The notes below the pieces were generated by a model. That model was not told the DNA's origin. It worked only from the letters and a program-made list of their open reading frames with translations, and ran no database searches. Source: Candidatus Omnitrophota bacterium (GTDB lineage Bacteria; Omnitrophota; Gorgyraeia; Zapsychrales; Zapsychraceae). Taken from it: a stretch of DNA of 64,000 nucleotides. This document shows positions 48,465 to 58,473 of this stretch, one piece after another; positions within the stretch are counted from its first letter, which is position 1, and every line of letters begins with the position of its first letter. Location of the stretch: contig JAIORP010000029.1 of assembly GCA_021108075.1 (NCBI GenBank), positions 10,311 through 74,310 on the forward strand. Reading direction: 5' to 3'. Both the position numbers and the translations under genes were made by a program.

Positions 48465-49159
48465 TGAATTCGGAAGCGACGAAGAAAGAAACATCCATGC
48501 AAGGGATCATCGTTGTAAATAAATCCCAAGGGATGACGTCTCATGATGTTGTTATGAAGATGCGCAGAAAATTTAAGATTCAGAGAGTTGGGCACGCCGG
48601 AACATTAGACCCCTTAGCGACTGGTGTTTTAGTCGTTTTATTTGGAAAGGCGACAAAATTGTTTTCAAAGTTTGTCTCTTTTGATAAGGCTTACCGGGCG
48701 ACGTTGAAACTCGGGACCACAACAGATTCGGCTGATACAGAAGGAAAGATTTTAAAAGAGTCGAGTTATGATCACATCACGCTGGAAGATCTTGAAGCGG
48801 CGATGAAGAAGTTTTCTGGTCCGATTAAACAGATCCCGCCGATGGTTTCGGCTATTAAACATAAAGGGAAAAAATTATATCAGCTGGCCCGCAAAGGCAT
48901 CTCCGTTGAGCGAAAACCGAGAGATGTTGTCATTTATGATCTGCATATCGTAGATTTTTCACCTCCCCATGTTAAGTTTTACTTAGAATGTTCCAAGGGA
49001 ACATATGTGCGGCAAATCGCGGATGATATCGGCACAGAGTTGGGTTGTGGTGCCTGTATCACGCAGATTGAACGGATTAAAGTCGGTCCCTTTCAGATAG
49101 AAGATGCGCATCAAATAGAGGGTATAAATGAAAGTTATTTACGGAATTGGGAAGGTTAA
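48461..49159 (+). CDS. truB: tRNA pseudouridine(55) synthase
   Basis: GIIVVNKSQGMTSHDVV and HAGTLDPLATGVL, with the catalytic Asp. Confidence 0.9.
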   Translation: MMNSEATKKETSMQGIIVVNKSQGMTSHDVVMKMRRKFKIQRVGHAGTLDPLATGVLVVLFGKATKLFSKFVSFDKAYRATLKLGTTTDSADTEGKILKESSYDHITLEDLEAAMKKFSGPIKQIPPMVSAIKHKGKKLYQLARKGISVERKPRDVVIYDLHIVDFSPPHVKFYLECSKGTYVRQIADDIGTELGCGACITQIERIKVGPFQIEDAHQIEGINESYLRNWEG

Positions 49160-50132
49160 GGAAAAGTTTCGAAATCCAATTCTAACAGTCGGTGTTTTTG
49201 ATGGTGTTCATCGGGGGCATCAAAAATTGATTAAGCATGCTGTCCGGCGGGCAAAAAAAATTAACGGCACGCCGATGTTGATGACATTTTATCCTCATCC
49301 CGTCAAAGTTATGCGTCCAGAAAAATATCTTCCGTACATTATTTCCTTGCCATACCGATTAACATTAATTGAGTCCCTGGGAATAAGGGTCTGTATCGTT
49401 TTGAAATTTACGAAGAAGATGGCAGCCATTGCTCCAACCAGATTTATCCAGCATTATTTAGAACGCCTGATCGCTCCAAAGGAAATCATCGTCGGTGAAG
49501 ATTTTTCTTTTGGCTTTAATCGACGGGGGACTGTTGATTTTTTGAAAAGTCAATCAAAGGAATATGCGTTTTCTGTCAAATCATTGAAACCTGTTTTAGT
49601 AAAGAGTCCATCCAGATATTCTGGCGGCCTTGCTAAGATCGGCAGCACGCTTATCCGTTATTTGATTGCTGAAGGACGATTGAAAGAAGCCAGGGCTTAC
49701 CTGGGCCGAAACGTTTCTGTGTTGGGGAAGGTCATGAAAGGCGACGCCCGTGGCAGGATTTTGGGTTTTCCGACGATCAATATTTATCCTGCAGAAGAAG
49801 TCGTCCCGCCAAAAGGGGTTTATGCGATCTTGATCACAATTGGTTCTCGGAAGTATGAAGGAATGGCGAATATCGGCGTCAAGCCTACCTTTAAACCGTT
49901 CAATCGTCAAATTAATATTGAAGCGCATATTTTCAGTTGGCACAAAAATATTTATGGTGAGCATGTCATTCTGGAATTTATTAAAAAAATGAGAGAAGAG
50001 GAGATCTTCGCTTCCCGCAAACACTTGATCCGGCAGCTGCAAAAAGATAAATCAAAAGCGACCGGTATTTTGTCCTCTTCAACATCGTCTTCGTTTTCAT
50101 CCCTGTCTGTTTCAGCCTTCAGGGCGCTGTGA
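49128..50132 (+). CDS. ribF: Bifunctional riboflavin kinase / FAD synthetase
   Basis: FAD synthetase GVFDGVHRGHQ, and riboflavin kinase GFPTINI...GVY...NIGVKPTF. Unusual Ser-rich C-terminal tail. Confidence 0.9.
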   Translation: MKVIYGIGKVKEKFRNPILTVGVFDGVHRGHQKLIKHAVRRAKKINGTPMLMTFYPHPVKVMRPEKYLPYIISLPYRLTLIESLGIRVCIVLKFTKKMAAIAPTRFIQHYLERLIAPKEIIVGEDFSFGFNRRGTVDFLKSQSKEYAFSVKSLKPVLVKSPSRYSGGLAKIGSTLIRYLIAEGRLKEARAYLGRNVSVLGKVMKGDARGRILGFPTINIYPAEEVVPPKGVYAILITIGSRKYEGMANIGVKPTFKPFNRQINIEAHIFSWHKNIYGEHVILEFIKKMREEEIFASRKHLIRQLQKDKSKATGILSSSTSSSFSSLSVSAFRAL

Positions 50133-50407
50133 TATTTCTTCTTATGATTTTTATACTCCAGCCATGATCATCCCCTCTTTTTTTGTTTTCTATCCAAAAA
50201 TATCTGCGGTAATCATCAAACCTGCCATCTCTAACTGTTTGTAACAGGGAGAGAAAAGACAGTTATTCCCCTAAATGTGCATAAATAATGAAATTTTTCT
50301 GGTTTTTTGTGTAAATAGATTGTCTACCATATATGGTGTGTTATTGAGCGATATAGTACAAGATATTGTATGGCAACAAGATGCAATAAGTGGACGCTAT
50401 TTAATGG

Positions 50408-50436
50408 TTGACAAAATCGTAAAATTTCTGTATATT
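50408..50436 (+). promoter_or_regulatory. Pmra-like sigma-70 promoter of the dcw cluster
   Basis: TTGACA (50408-50413), 17-nt spacer, TATATT (50431-50436). Confidence 0.55.
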
Positions 50437-50446
50437 AGACGCAAAG

Positions 50447-50472
50447 GTGGGGCGAAGTGGAGAGAAGTGGTA
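50447..50472 (+). promoter_or_regulatory. Putative MraZ operator: three GTGG(G/A/T) direct repeats at 10-bp spacing
   Basis: GTGGGgcgaaGTGGAgagaaGTGGTa, immediately downstream of the -10 box. Confidence 0.5.
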
Positions 50473-50517
50473 AATTCGCCAAACACACCATTTATTTTTC
50501 CATCCTAAGGGACAAAC

Positions 50518-50955
50518 ATGTTTTATGGTGAATTTAAACACAGCATTGATGTTAAAGGAAGACTCATCTTACCGTCTAAATTCCGTGAAGTTAGTAAAGA
50601 ATATGGTATAGAGCGTTTTTTTCTTACCCGTGGGCTCGACAAATGTATTTTCATGTTCTCTGAAAATGAATGGCGTATTCAGGAACAAAAATTCAAAAAT
50701 ATGCCTTTTACTAAACAGCAAGCCCGACATTTTAATCGATTGTTTTTCTCTGGAGCTATTGATGTTATCCCGGATAAGCAGGGTCGTTTTATTATCCCAC
50801 CCTATTTAAAGGATTATGCGCACATCAATAAAGATACGGTTGTTATTGGCATTTCTAATCGTATTGAGATTTGGGACTCTAAAGGTTGGGCTAATTTTTA
50901 TGATAACTCAAACTCATCATTTGAAAAAATAGCTGAGGATGTTTTAGATCTTTGA
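50518..50955 (+). CDS. mraZ: transcriptional regulator MraZ
   Basis: MFYGEFKHSIDVKGRLILP, and a second DUF-MraZ repeat RFIIPPYLK. Confidence 0.9.
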   Translation: MFYGEFKHSIDVKGRLILPSKFREVSKEYGIERFFLTRGLDKCIFMFSENEWRIQEQKFKNMPFTKQQARHFNRLFFSGAIDVIPDKQGRFIIPPYLKDYAHINKDTVVIGISNRIEIWDSKGWANFYDNSNSSFEKIAEDVLDL

Positions 50956-51026
50956 TAAAGATAGACACATTTTCATAATAGCCCCTATAGATTGATTCGA
51001 ATCATATAAATAATGGAAATTATAAA

Positions 51027-51947
51027 ATGAATATTGAGCCTCATGAGGCAAGGGATAATGGTCCGTCACATGCCCCGGTCATGTTGCAAGAGGCCTTAAC
51101 CTATTTGAATCCCCAACCAGAAGGTATTTTCGTTGATGGGACATTAGGTTTAGGGGGTCATTCAAGAGCCATTTTACAACAGATTGGTCCTAAAGGGCGG
51201 TTGATCGGGCTGGATTGCGATGCTTCGGCGATAGAGATTGCAAAGAAGAATTTAATAGATTTTAATAATCAGTGTTTATTTATTCATAGCAATTACCGTG
51301 ATTTGTGCAAACAATTGCAGGCCCGTCAAATTAAACAAATTGATGGTCTTTTAGTTGATTTAGGTTTATCAAGTTTTCAGATAGACGACCCGGAGCGCGG
51401 TTTTAGCTTAAGGTCCATGGGGCCGTTAGATATGCGGATGGATCAATCAGAACAGTTTTCAGCTTTTGATCTTATCCATTCATTATCTGAAAAGGAATTG
51501 GACTCGATCTTAGATAATTTTGGACAAGAACGCTGGCATCATCGAATCGCACGTTTACTTGTTGCTCAGAGATCGAAACAGCCTATTGAGACGACACAGG
51601 ATTTGACACGGATTGTATTAAGCGCGCTACCCGCTAAGCGAAACCGTCAGAAAATACATCCGGCTACGCGAACATTTCAGGCTATTCGCATAGCTGTGAA
51701 CAGAGAATTAGAGTCGTTAGAAGCATTATTGAAGGAATCAGAATTTTTATTGAAAAAAGGTGGCCGTATCGCGGTTATTTCTTTTCATTCATTAGAAGAT
51801 CGAATTGTCAAGAATGTATTTAGAGATTGGGGAAAAGAAGGAAAATATCAAGTGCTTTTAAAGAAACCCCTCCGTCCGACAGAAGAGGAAGTCAAACAGA
51901 ACCCTCGGGCGAGAAGCGCCAGATTAAGAGCAGTCGAAAGGATATAA
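51027..51947 (+). CDS. rsmH: 16S rRNA (cytosine1402-N4)-methyltransferase
   Basis: HAPVMLQEALTYL, FVDGTLGLGGHS, DLGLSSFQID. Confidence 0.9.
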   Translation: MNIEPHEARDNGPSHAPVMLQEALTYLNPQPEGIFVDGTLGLGGHSRAILQQIGPKGRLIGLDCDASAIEIAKKNLIDFNNQCLFIHSNYRDLCKQLQARQIKQIDGLLVDLGLSSFQIDDPERGFSLRSMGPLDMRMDQSEQFSAFDLIHSLSEKELDSILDNFGQERWHHRIARLLVAQRSKQPIETTQDLTRIVLSALPAKRNRQKIHPATRTFQAIRIAVNRELESLEALLKESEFLLKKGGRIAVISFHSLEDRIVKNVFRDWGKEGKYQVLLKKPLRPTEEEVKQNPRARSARLRAVERI

Positions 51948-51950
51948 AAT

Positions 51951-52319
51951 ATGCTCATTAAGTTTACGAAAATAATTTTCATCTTTACAACTCTGGCTGT
52001 TGTCTATATCAATATGCAGATGAAAATTATCAATCTGGCCTATGAAGGAAAAGATAAAGAGAATGTCATCCGTCAGCTCATTGAAGACAATGGTAATATT
52101 ACTTTTGATATTTTAACCCTTAAATCCGCTAATCATATTGGGATTAAAATGCTTAGGGAAGATTCTGAGATGAAGTTTGTTGATCCGGAAAATATTGTAC
52201 GAATATCGACAGAGGAAGAAACCGCTCCTGTTGGAATGATGGAGACTTCAGACTCTAAGAACAACCCTTTATTAAGCCTATTGTCTTTCGGCACTCAGGC
52301 TGAAGCACGGCAACCATGA
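51951..52319 (+). CDS. ftsL: Cell-division protein FtsL-like (small bitopic membrane protein)
   Basis: 122 aa with a single N-terminal TM helix. Assigned by position between rsmH and ftsI. Confidence 0.5.
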   Translation: MLIKFTKIIFIFTTLAVVYINMQMKIINLAYEGKDKENVIRQLIEDNGNITFDILTLKSANHIGIKMLREDSEMKFVDPENIVRISTEEETAPVGMMETSDSKNNPLLSLLSFGTQAEARQP

Positions 52320-52686
52320 ACGTGTCGCATACTTTGCTGACTACATCAACTTGATAGCAATTAATTCTTTAGCAAAAACAACAGGACGGTCGCTATAGAG
52401 TTTAAGCCTGCTGGCCAATGGTATGCGATACGCTCATTTGATTTTTTTTATTTCATACAGTCGTTTTGTGTTGTTCCAACGAGCATATCGCAGTCCGGTT
52501 ATTTTTATTTTGAAGAGAGTTTTCCTTCTGCATCTTCAGGACGTATCGTAACTCCTCATCCCGTAGAGCAACATATTCATAACTTAATTGAAGATTGAGC
52601 TTTTAAAAGCATATAATATTTATTAACAGCAGGGGTGGGTGCTTTTGCTGATTACCAACCGATTTTAACCAATACATTGAAAAAAA

Positions 52687-54363
52687 GTGTTAATTCGTAA
52701 GCACGTATTAAGGTTTATTTTTATATACGTTGGCTTGATCGCTTTCTTGATTTTTTTTGGGATTAAGCTGGCCTTAATACAGGTGTTTCATGCCGAACAT
52801 CTAGCAATTATAGCAAAGAAACAACACAATCATTTTATCGAAATCGAACCGATCCGAGGAAGCATCCTCGACAGGAACTCCCGTTTATTAGCGTTTAATG
52901 TCTCCGTCTATTCCCTGTTTGCTAACCCGAGAATGATGAGTGCGCAAGATAAGCAGAAAATGCTTGAAGTTCTTCCGGGGACATTGAATATCAGTCCCCG
53001 GCATATTCAACAGCGATTAAATAAAGATAAATTGTTTGTTTGGATCAAAAGAAAGTTGAGTGTGGACATTGTTGACCGAATTAAGTCTTTTAATATTAAG
53101 AAATTGGGTTTTAGAAAGGAAAGCAAGCGCTTCTATCCTAATGGGCAATTAGCCGCTCACATTATAGGTTTTGCGGGTATTGACAATCAAGGGTTAGAAG
53201 GTTTGGAACTGAGTTACAATAGCCAGCTTGAGGGAGAATCTGGTTGGGTTAATTTTTTGCGTGATGCCCATCAAAAAGAGTTATTGCTGGATAATAACTT
53301 TTTACCTCCCCGGCATGGATTTCATCTTGTGTTGACTATTGATGAAACCATTCAATATTTAGCTGAGAAATCTTTAAAAGCAGTTTTTGAGAAATACAAG
53401 GCGATTGCAGCGAGCATTGTCGTGATTGACGTAAAGACCGGCGAGATTTTAGCCCTAGCCAACGAACCAACATATGACTTGCAGAATGTTAGAACGAGTG
53501 AATTGGCGCATCGGACGAACCGGGCGGTTAGTTTTGTATATGAACCGGGTTCTGTTTTCAAGTTTGTGGCCGCCGCTGCTGCTTTAGAAGAGAGGATTTT
53601 TTCCGAAACAGATAAAATATATTGTGAAAATGGGAAATACCGCGTTGGTAATCATATTTTACATGATCATCGGCCGCATGCTACGCTAACGTTTCGGGAA
53701 GTGATCGAAGTCTCAAGTAATATCGGCGTCACGAAAATAGCAGAAAAGATCGGTCCGAATATCTTTTATAAATACGCGAAACGTTTTCGGTTTGGCCAAA
53801 AAACAAATATCGACTTGCTCGGGGAAGTGGGCGGAAATTTAAAACCTCCGGCTCGTTGGTCAAAAACATCCATCGGCGCAATCCCCATCGGGCACGAAGT
53901 GACTGTGACGCCATTGCAATTGGCCTGCGCGTTGGGCGCGGTCGCAAATGACGGCTTGCTCATGAAACCCTATATTGTAAAATATATTAAAGACAATCAA
54001 GACCAAATTATCAAAGGGAATAAACCTCAAGTTGTCGGCCGTGTCATTAGTTCAGATACAGCCCGCCGTTTAAGGGCTATTTTAACTGGTGTTGTGGACG
54101 AGGGGACAGGGAAAAATGCCCGGATCGATGGCGTTAAAGTTGCGGGGAAGACCGGAACAGCCCAGAAGGTCATTGATAAGAAATATTCTCATAGTAAATT
54201 TGTAGCGTCCTTCATTGGATTTGCTCCGTCGGACAATCCACGTATTGCCGCTGTTGTTATGGTTGATGAACCACGTCCCCAATATTACGGAGGAACCGTG
54301 GCTGCCCCGGTTTTTAAAGAAGTTGTTGAGAACACATTAAAATATTTAGAGTTAAATCGCTGA
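52687..54363 (+). CDS. ftsI: peptidoglycan D,D-transpeptidase FtsI (PBP3), GTG start
   Basis: TM anchor; transpeptidase SxxK (SVFK), SSN and KTGT motifs. Confidence 0.85.
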   Translation: MLIRKHVLRFIFIYVGLIAFLIFFGIKLALIQVFHAEHLAIIAKKQHNHFIEIEPIRGSILDRNSRLLAFNVSVYSLFANPRMMSAQDKQKMLEVLPGTLNISPRHIQQRLNKDKLFVWIKRKLSVDIVDRIKSFNIKKLGFRKESKRFYPNGQLAAHIIGFAGIDNQGLEGLELSYNSQLEGESGWVNFLRDAHQKELLLDNNFLPPRHGFHLVLTIDETIQYLAEKSLKAVFEKYKAIAASIVVIDVKTGEILALANEPTYDLQNVRTSELAHRTNRAVSFVYEPGSVFKFVAAAAALEERIFSETDKIYCENGKYRVGNHILHDHRPHATLTFREVIEVSSNIGVTKIAEKIGPNIFYKYAKRFRFGQKTNIDLLGEVGGNLKPPARWSKTSIGAIPIGHEVTVTPLQLACALGAVANDGLLMKPYIVKYIKDNQDQIIKGNKPQVVGRVISSDTARRLRAILTGVVDEGTGKNARIDGVKVAGKTGTAQKVIDKKYSHSKFVASFIGFAPSDNPRIAAVVMVDEPRPQYYGGTVAAPVFKEVVENTLKYLELNR

Positions 54364-55841
54364 TGAAACTGAATCAAGTCTTGAAGAAAACTCCGTGGGA
54401 ACACATCCCTCATCCATATACGGATTGGGATATTCCCGGCATCAAATGTGACTCCCGCCAGGTTCAGTCCGGGGACCTATTTGTTGCATTGATCGGTCGT
54501 CATCTAGACGGCCACAAGTTTATTCAACAGGCCCTCAGCAAGGGGGCGCGCGTGATTATTTTATCAGACAGGAAGGCGGGGATGTATCAGTCGCAAGGGG
54601 ATGTTTTATTTCTCGGGGCTCCTGATCCTCGTCCATATCTGGGGATGATTGCGAATAATTTTTATCAAACGTCTACCCAAAACATTAAAGTGATCGGTGT
54701 AACGGGAACAAACGGCAAGACAACAATCACATATCTCATTGAATCCATATTAAGAGCGTATGGTCAAGAAGCCGGCCTGATCGGAACGATCAAACATAAG
54801 ATCGGAGCGAATGAGTTTGTCGCCCGCAACACAACCCCGGGGGTGCTGGAAAACCATCATTATTTGAGTTTATTGTCTCAACAAAAAGTGCCGTATTGTT
54901 TAATGGAGGTTTCGTCGCACGCTTTGGATCAGGGCCGTGTTGATCAAATAGATTTTGATACGGCGGTATACACAAATTTAACGAGCGAACACCTGGATTA
55001 TCACGCAGATATGGATGCTTATTTTGAAGCGAAGGCAAAATTGTTTCAGCAATTAAGCCCGGACAGTTTTGCCGTGATCAATAAAGATGATGACTATTCC
55101 GCCCGGATGTTAAAGGAGACACAAGCGCAGGTTTTTACGTATGGGTGTCATCGCCAGGCAGATTTTCAGGCTCAAGACATTGAGTTGGATGTCAGCGGGA
55201 TATCGTTTCAGTTAAAGACCGATAAGGGGTTGGTCTCCTTCCGGTCGTCATTGTTTGGATCTTTCAACGTTTATAATATCCTTGCGGCGATAGCTGTTGG
55301 CCTTATTGAAGGAGTGTCGATGGATTTGATTGTTCAATCGATTCGTCAAGTCGAAGGCATTCCCGGCCGAATGCAGCGCGTGCAACATGACCGGGATTTT
55401 TTTATTTTTATTGATTATGCCCATACACAGGACGCGTTAAGGAATGTGCTAGAGAATATTCGAAGGGTCTGCAAGCGGCGCATTATCCTTGTTTTTGGAT
55501 GTGGCGGTGACCGGGACCGGTCAAAACGCGCTCCCATGGGAACGGTGGCTAGCCGTTTGGCTGATTATGTTTATGTTACGAATGATAATCCGCGCACGGA
55601 AGACCCAGAAAAAATTATCCGGGATATTATTCCAGGGCTTGAAAATGATGACTATGAAATAGTCATTGATCGAAAACAAGCGATTGAAAAGGCTTTGTGC
55701 GAGGCAAAGAAGGATGATGTGCTTCTTATTGCCGGCAAAGGTCATGAAACATATCAAATTGTTCATCAAGAATACCGGGAATTTAATGAATCAAAAATTA
55801 TTCAGGATATATTAGAAAAGACGAATGCCCCAGAAATGTGA
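54363..55841 (+). CDS. murE: UDP-N-acetylmuramoyl-L-alanyl-D-glutamate--2,6-diaminopimelate ligase
   Basis: Mur ligase P-loop GVTGTNGKTT, and DNPR near the C-terminus (the meso-DAP specificity region). Confidence 0.9.
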   Translation: MKLNQVLKKTPWEHIPHPYTDWDIPGIKCDSRQVQSGDLFVALIGRHLDGHKFIQQALSKGARVIILSDRKAGMYQSQGDVLFLGAPDPRPYLGMIANNFYQTSTQNIKVIGVTGTNGKTTITYLIESILRAYGQEAGLIGTIKHKIGANEFVARNTTPGVLENHHYLSLLSQQKVPYCLMEVSSHALDQGRVDQIDFDTAVYTNLTSEHLDYHADMDAYFEAKAKLFQQLSPDSFAVINKDDDYSARMLKETQAQVFTYGCHRQADFQAQDIELDVSGISFQLKTDKGLVSFRSSLFGSFNVYNILAAIAVGLIEGVSMDLIVQSIRQVEGIPGRMQRVQHDRDFFIFIDYAHTQDALRNVLENIRRVCKRRIILVFGCGGDRDRSKRAPMGTVASRLADYVYVTNDNPRTEDPEKIIRDIIPGLENDDYEIVIDRKQAIEKALCEAKKDDVLLIAGKGHETYQIVHQEYREFNESKIIQDILEKTNAPEM

Positions 55842-57237
55842 GGAGTTTGTTGTGTTGACATTGCGTGTTGATACGATAGCTAAAATTGTAAAAGGTCAAT
55901 TGACTGCGGGATCCGGTCCCGAATGCCCCGAAGGCATTTCGATCAACACACGAACAATCAAAAAGGGTGAAATTTTTATTGCTGTTCCAGGTAAACGATA
56001 TGATGGCCATCGATTTATTTATCAGGCGATCGAAAAGGGGGCCAGCGCATTGATTGTTCATAAAAGGATCAAGAAAAAATCCTGCAAGATTCCTGTTGTG
56101 ACAGTTGATAATACTGTTGCGGCTTTAGGGCATTTAGCCGCGTATTACAGACGGCAATTTCAGATCCCTATTATCGCAGTCACAGGCAGCGCAGGTAAAA
56201 CAAGTACAAAGGAGTTGATCGCCAGTGTTTTAAGTCAGAAATTTAATGTTTTAAAGAATGAAAGATCAGAAAATAATCATTTTGGTGTTCCTTTAACATT
56301 ATTAAAATTGACCCACAAACATCACGTGGCCGTGCTCGAAGTCGGTACCAGCCAGAAAGGCGATATCTCTTGCCTGGGTCAAATTATCAAACCGGATATG
56401 CTTGTTTTTACGAATATCGGGGCATCCCATCTGGAAGGATTAGGTTCGATCAGAGGGGTGTTTAATGAGAAGAAAAGTCTAATAAAATTTTTAACCAAAA
56501 AAGGGCAGATGATACTCAATTTAGATGACATGTATCTTAAGAAATTGGTGGGGCAGGCGCCTTCCGTATCGAAAATGACCTATGCTGTTCAACAAAAGGC
56601 CGATTTTCAAGCCAAGAATTTAAATTTTGACAATAACAACCGTATCCAGTTTAAAGTCAATCGAGAGTTGTTTACCTTGCCGACACCGGCCTATCATCAG
56701 GTTTATAACGCATTGGCTGCGATTGCTGTCGGCCGTCATTTTGGTTTGACGTTATCTGATATCAATAAGGGATTGAAGACGTCGCTGCATTGTTCTGGAC
56801 GCCAGAAGATACAATCTATTGGAGGAGTTACGATCATTGATGATACGTATAACTCCAATCCCCTTTCCTTCAGGAGCTCCATCAATTCCTTGAACACGAT
56901 CCATGCAAAGGGCAAGAAAATTTTAGTCGGTGGAGATATGCTGGAGTTAGGAGAATTATCTGAAAAGTGGCATAGGCAGATCGGCAAGGACATTCTCCAC
57001 TCATCGATTGATGTCTTCATCGGTTTTGGGAGAAATGCGCGCTTTATCTATGATGAATGTTGCCGTGACGGAGATAAAGTGCTGGCAAAATCATTTGTTT
57101 ACCTGCATTATTTACATCGTTTTTTAGCTAAAATTATTCAGCCCGGGGACATTGTCCTCATTAAAGGTTCGCGGGGAATGCATTTGGAAAGGACTGTTAA
57201 CTTCTTGGAAGAGAATTTGTCTCAATCACGAAAATGA
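55825..57237 (+). CDS. murF: UDP-N-acetylmuramoyl-tripeptide--D-alanyl-D-alanine ligase
   Basis: GSAGKTSTKE P-loop and Mur ligase middle/C domains. Overlaps murE by 17 nt. Confidence 0.85.
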   Translation: MPQKCEEFVVLTLRVDTIAKIVKGQLTAGSGPECPEGISINTRTIKKGEIFIAVPGKRYDGHRFIYQAIEKGASALIVHKRIKKKSCKIPVVTVDNTVAALGHLAAYYRRQFQIPIIAVTGSAGKTSTKELIASVLSQKFNVLKNERSENNHFGVPLTLLKLTHKHHVAVLEVGTSQKGDISCLGQIIKPDMLVFTNIGASHLEGLGSIRGVFNEKKSLIKFLTKKGQMILNLDDMYLKKLVGQAPSVSKMTYAVQQKADFQAKNLNFDNNNRIQFKVNRELFTLPTPAYHQVYNALAAIAVGRHFGLTLSDINKGLKTSLHCSGRQKIQSIGGVTIIDDTYNSNPLSFRSSINSLNTIHAKGKKILVGGDMLELGELSEKWHRQIGKDILHSSIDVFIGFGRNARFIYDECCRDGDKVLAKSFVYLHYLHRFLAKIIQPGDIVLIKGSRGMHLERTVNFLEENLSQSRK

Positions 57238-57295
57238 TGGGTTTATGATTTTATTTTAGAATATGCGTGAGTTCATATTCGGCTAATTATATAAT

Positions 57296-57364
57296 AAATT
57301 ATACTAAATCCAATAATGAATTGTTCTATTTCAATTCTGAAAAGCAGAATCGGTTTTGGTATGA
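57296..57364 (-). repeat. Copy E (inverted, shorter) of the conserved intergenic element, between murF and mraY
   Basis: Reverse complement reads ataccaaaaccgattctgcttttcagaattgaaatagaacaattcattattggatttagtataat. Confidence 0.6.
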
Positions 57365-57384
57365 CATATACGAAGTGAGGATAA

Positions 57385-58473
57385 ATGTTTTACTATTTAG
57401 CAGAATTTAAAGATTTTTTCTTTGGATTTAATGTTTTTCGATACATTACCTTTCGCGCCGGCATGGCTGCTGTGACAACGTTTCTTTGCTGTGTCATATT
57501 AGGTCCTTTTTTTATAAGAAAATTACGAAAATGGAATATCGGTGAGAACGCAAAACGAGATGATTGTCCGACCCTCAATTCTTTTCATGATACGAAAGAG
57601 GGCACGCCGACCATGGGCGGGATTCTGATCGTCAGTAGCATTTTGTTTTCTGTCCTGCTTTGGGCCCAGTTAAATAATCGATATATCATTCTGACGATGA
57701 TCACATGTTTGTTCCTGGCGATTCTGGGATTTATTGATGATTATGTGAAACTTAATCCGCGGTTTGAGAAAAGGGGGCTCAGCAAAAAAACGAAACTTAT
57801 TTGGCAAGTCTTGATCGGTTGTTTTATTGGTTCCTATGTCTTTTTTAACCCGGATACATCTCCAGAGCTGCGGTTTCCTTTTATGAAAAACTTAGTTGTA
57901 AATTTGTGGATTTTTTATATCCCTTTTGTGGCTGTGATCGTCATCGGCACGTCTAATGCCGTCAATTTGACAGACGGGCTGGACGGCCTGGCCATCGGCT
58001 GTGTGTTGATCGTGAGCCTGACATTAGCCATCATAAGCTACATAACGGGTCATCTGCATTTTAGCCAATATCTTTTTATCCCGTATGTTCCCGGCACAGG
58101 GGAATTATCGATTTTTTGCATGGCGATTGTCGGAGCGAGTCTGGGCTTTCTTTGGTTCAATTGTCACCCGGCTTCTGTTTTTATGGGGGATGTCGGTTCC
58201 TTGTCCTTAGGTGGTACGTTAGGTGTTATTGCCGTCTTTACTAAAAAAGAATTATTGCTGGTTCTTTTAGGCGGCATATTTGTGATTGAAGCATTATCTG
58301 TCATCATGCAGGTCGCTTCTTTTAAACTGAGGGGGAAGCGTATTTTCAAGATGTCTCCATTGCATCATCATCTTCAATTATCCGGATGGAAAGAATCTAA
58401 AATTATTATCCGATTTTGGATTATTGCCATTATATTAGCCCTCCTGACCTTAACAACATTAAAAATTAGGTGA
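57385..58473 (+). CDS. mraY: phospho-N-acetylmuramoyl-pentapeptide transferase
   Basis: GTPTMGG, NAVNLTDGLDGLA, and about 10 TM helices. Confidence 0.95.
   Translation: MFYYLAEFKDFFFGFNVFRYITFRAGMAAVTTFLCCVILGPFFIRKLRKWNIGENAKRDDCPTLNSFHDTKEGTPTMGGILIVSSILFSVLLWAQLNNRYIILTMITCLFLAILGFIDDYVKLNPRFEKRGLSKKTKLIWQVLIGCFIGSYVFFNPDTSPELRFPFMKNLVVNLWIFYIPFVAVIVIGTSNAVNLTDGLDGLAIGCVLIVSLTLAIISYITGHLHFSQYLFIPYVPGTGELSIFCMAIVGASLGFLWFNCHPASVFMGDVGSLSLGGTLGVIAVFTKKELLLVLLGGIFVIEALSVIMQVASFKLRGKRIFKMSPLHHHLQLSGWKESKIIIRFWIIAIILALLTLTTLKIR

Noticed and set aside
50275-50508. 77-aa ORF in the ORF track upstream of mraZ
   Set aside because: It spans the Pmra -35/-10 boxes and the three GTGG operator repeats, has no RBS, and its product has no recognisable domain. 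This is regulatory DNA, not a gene.
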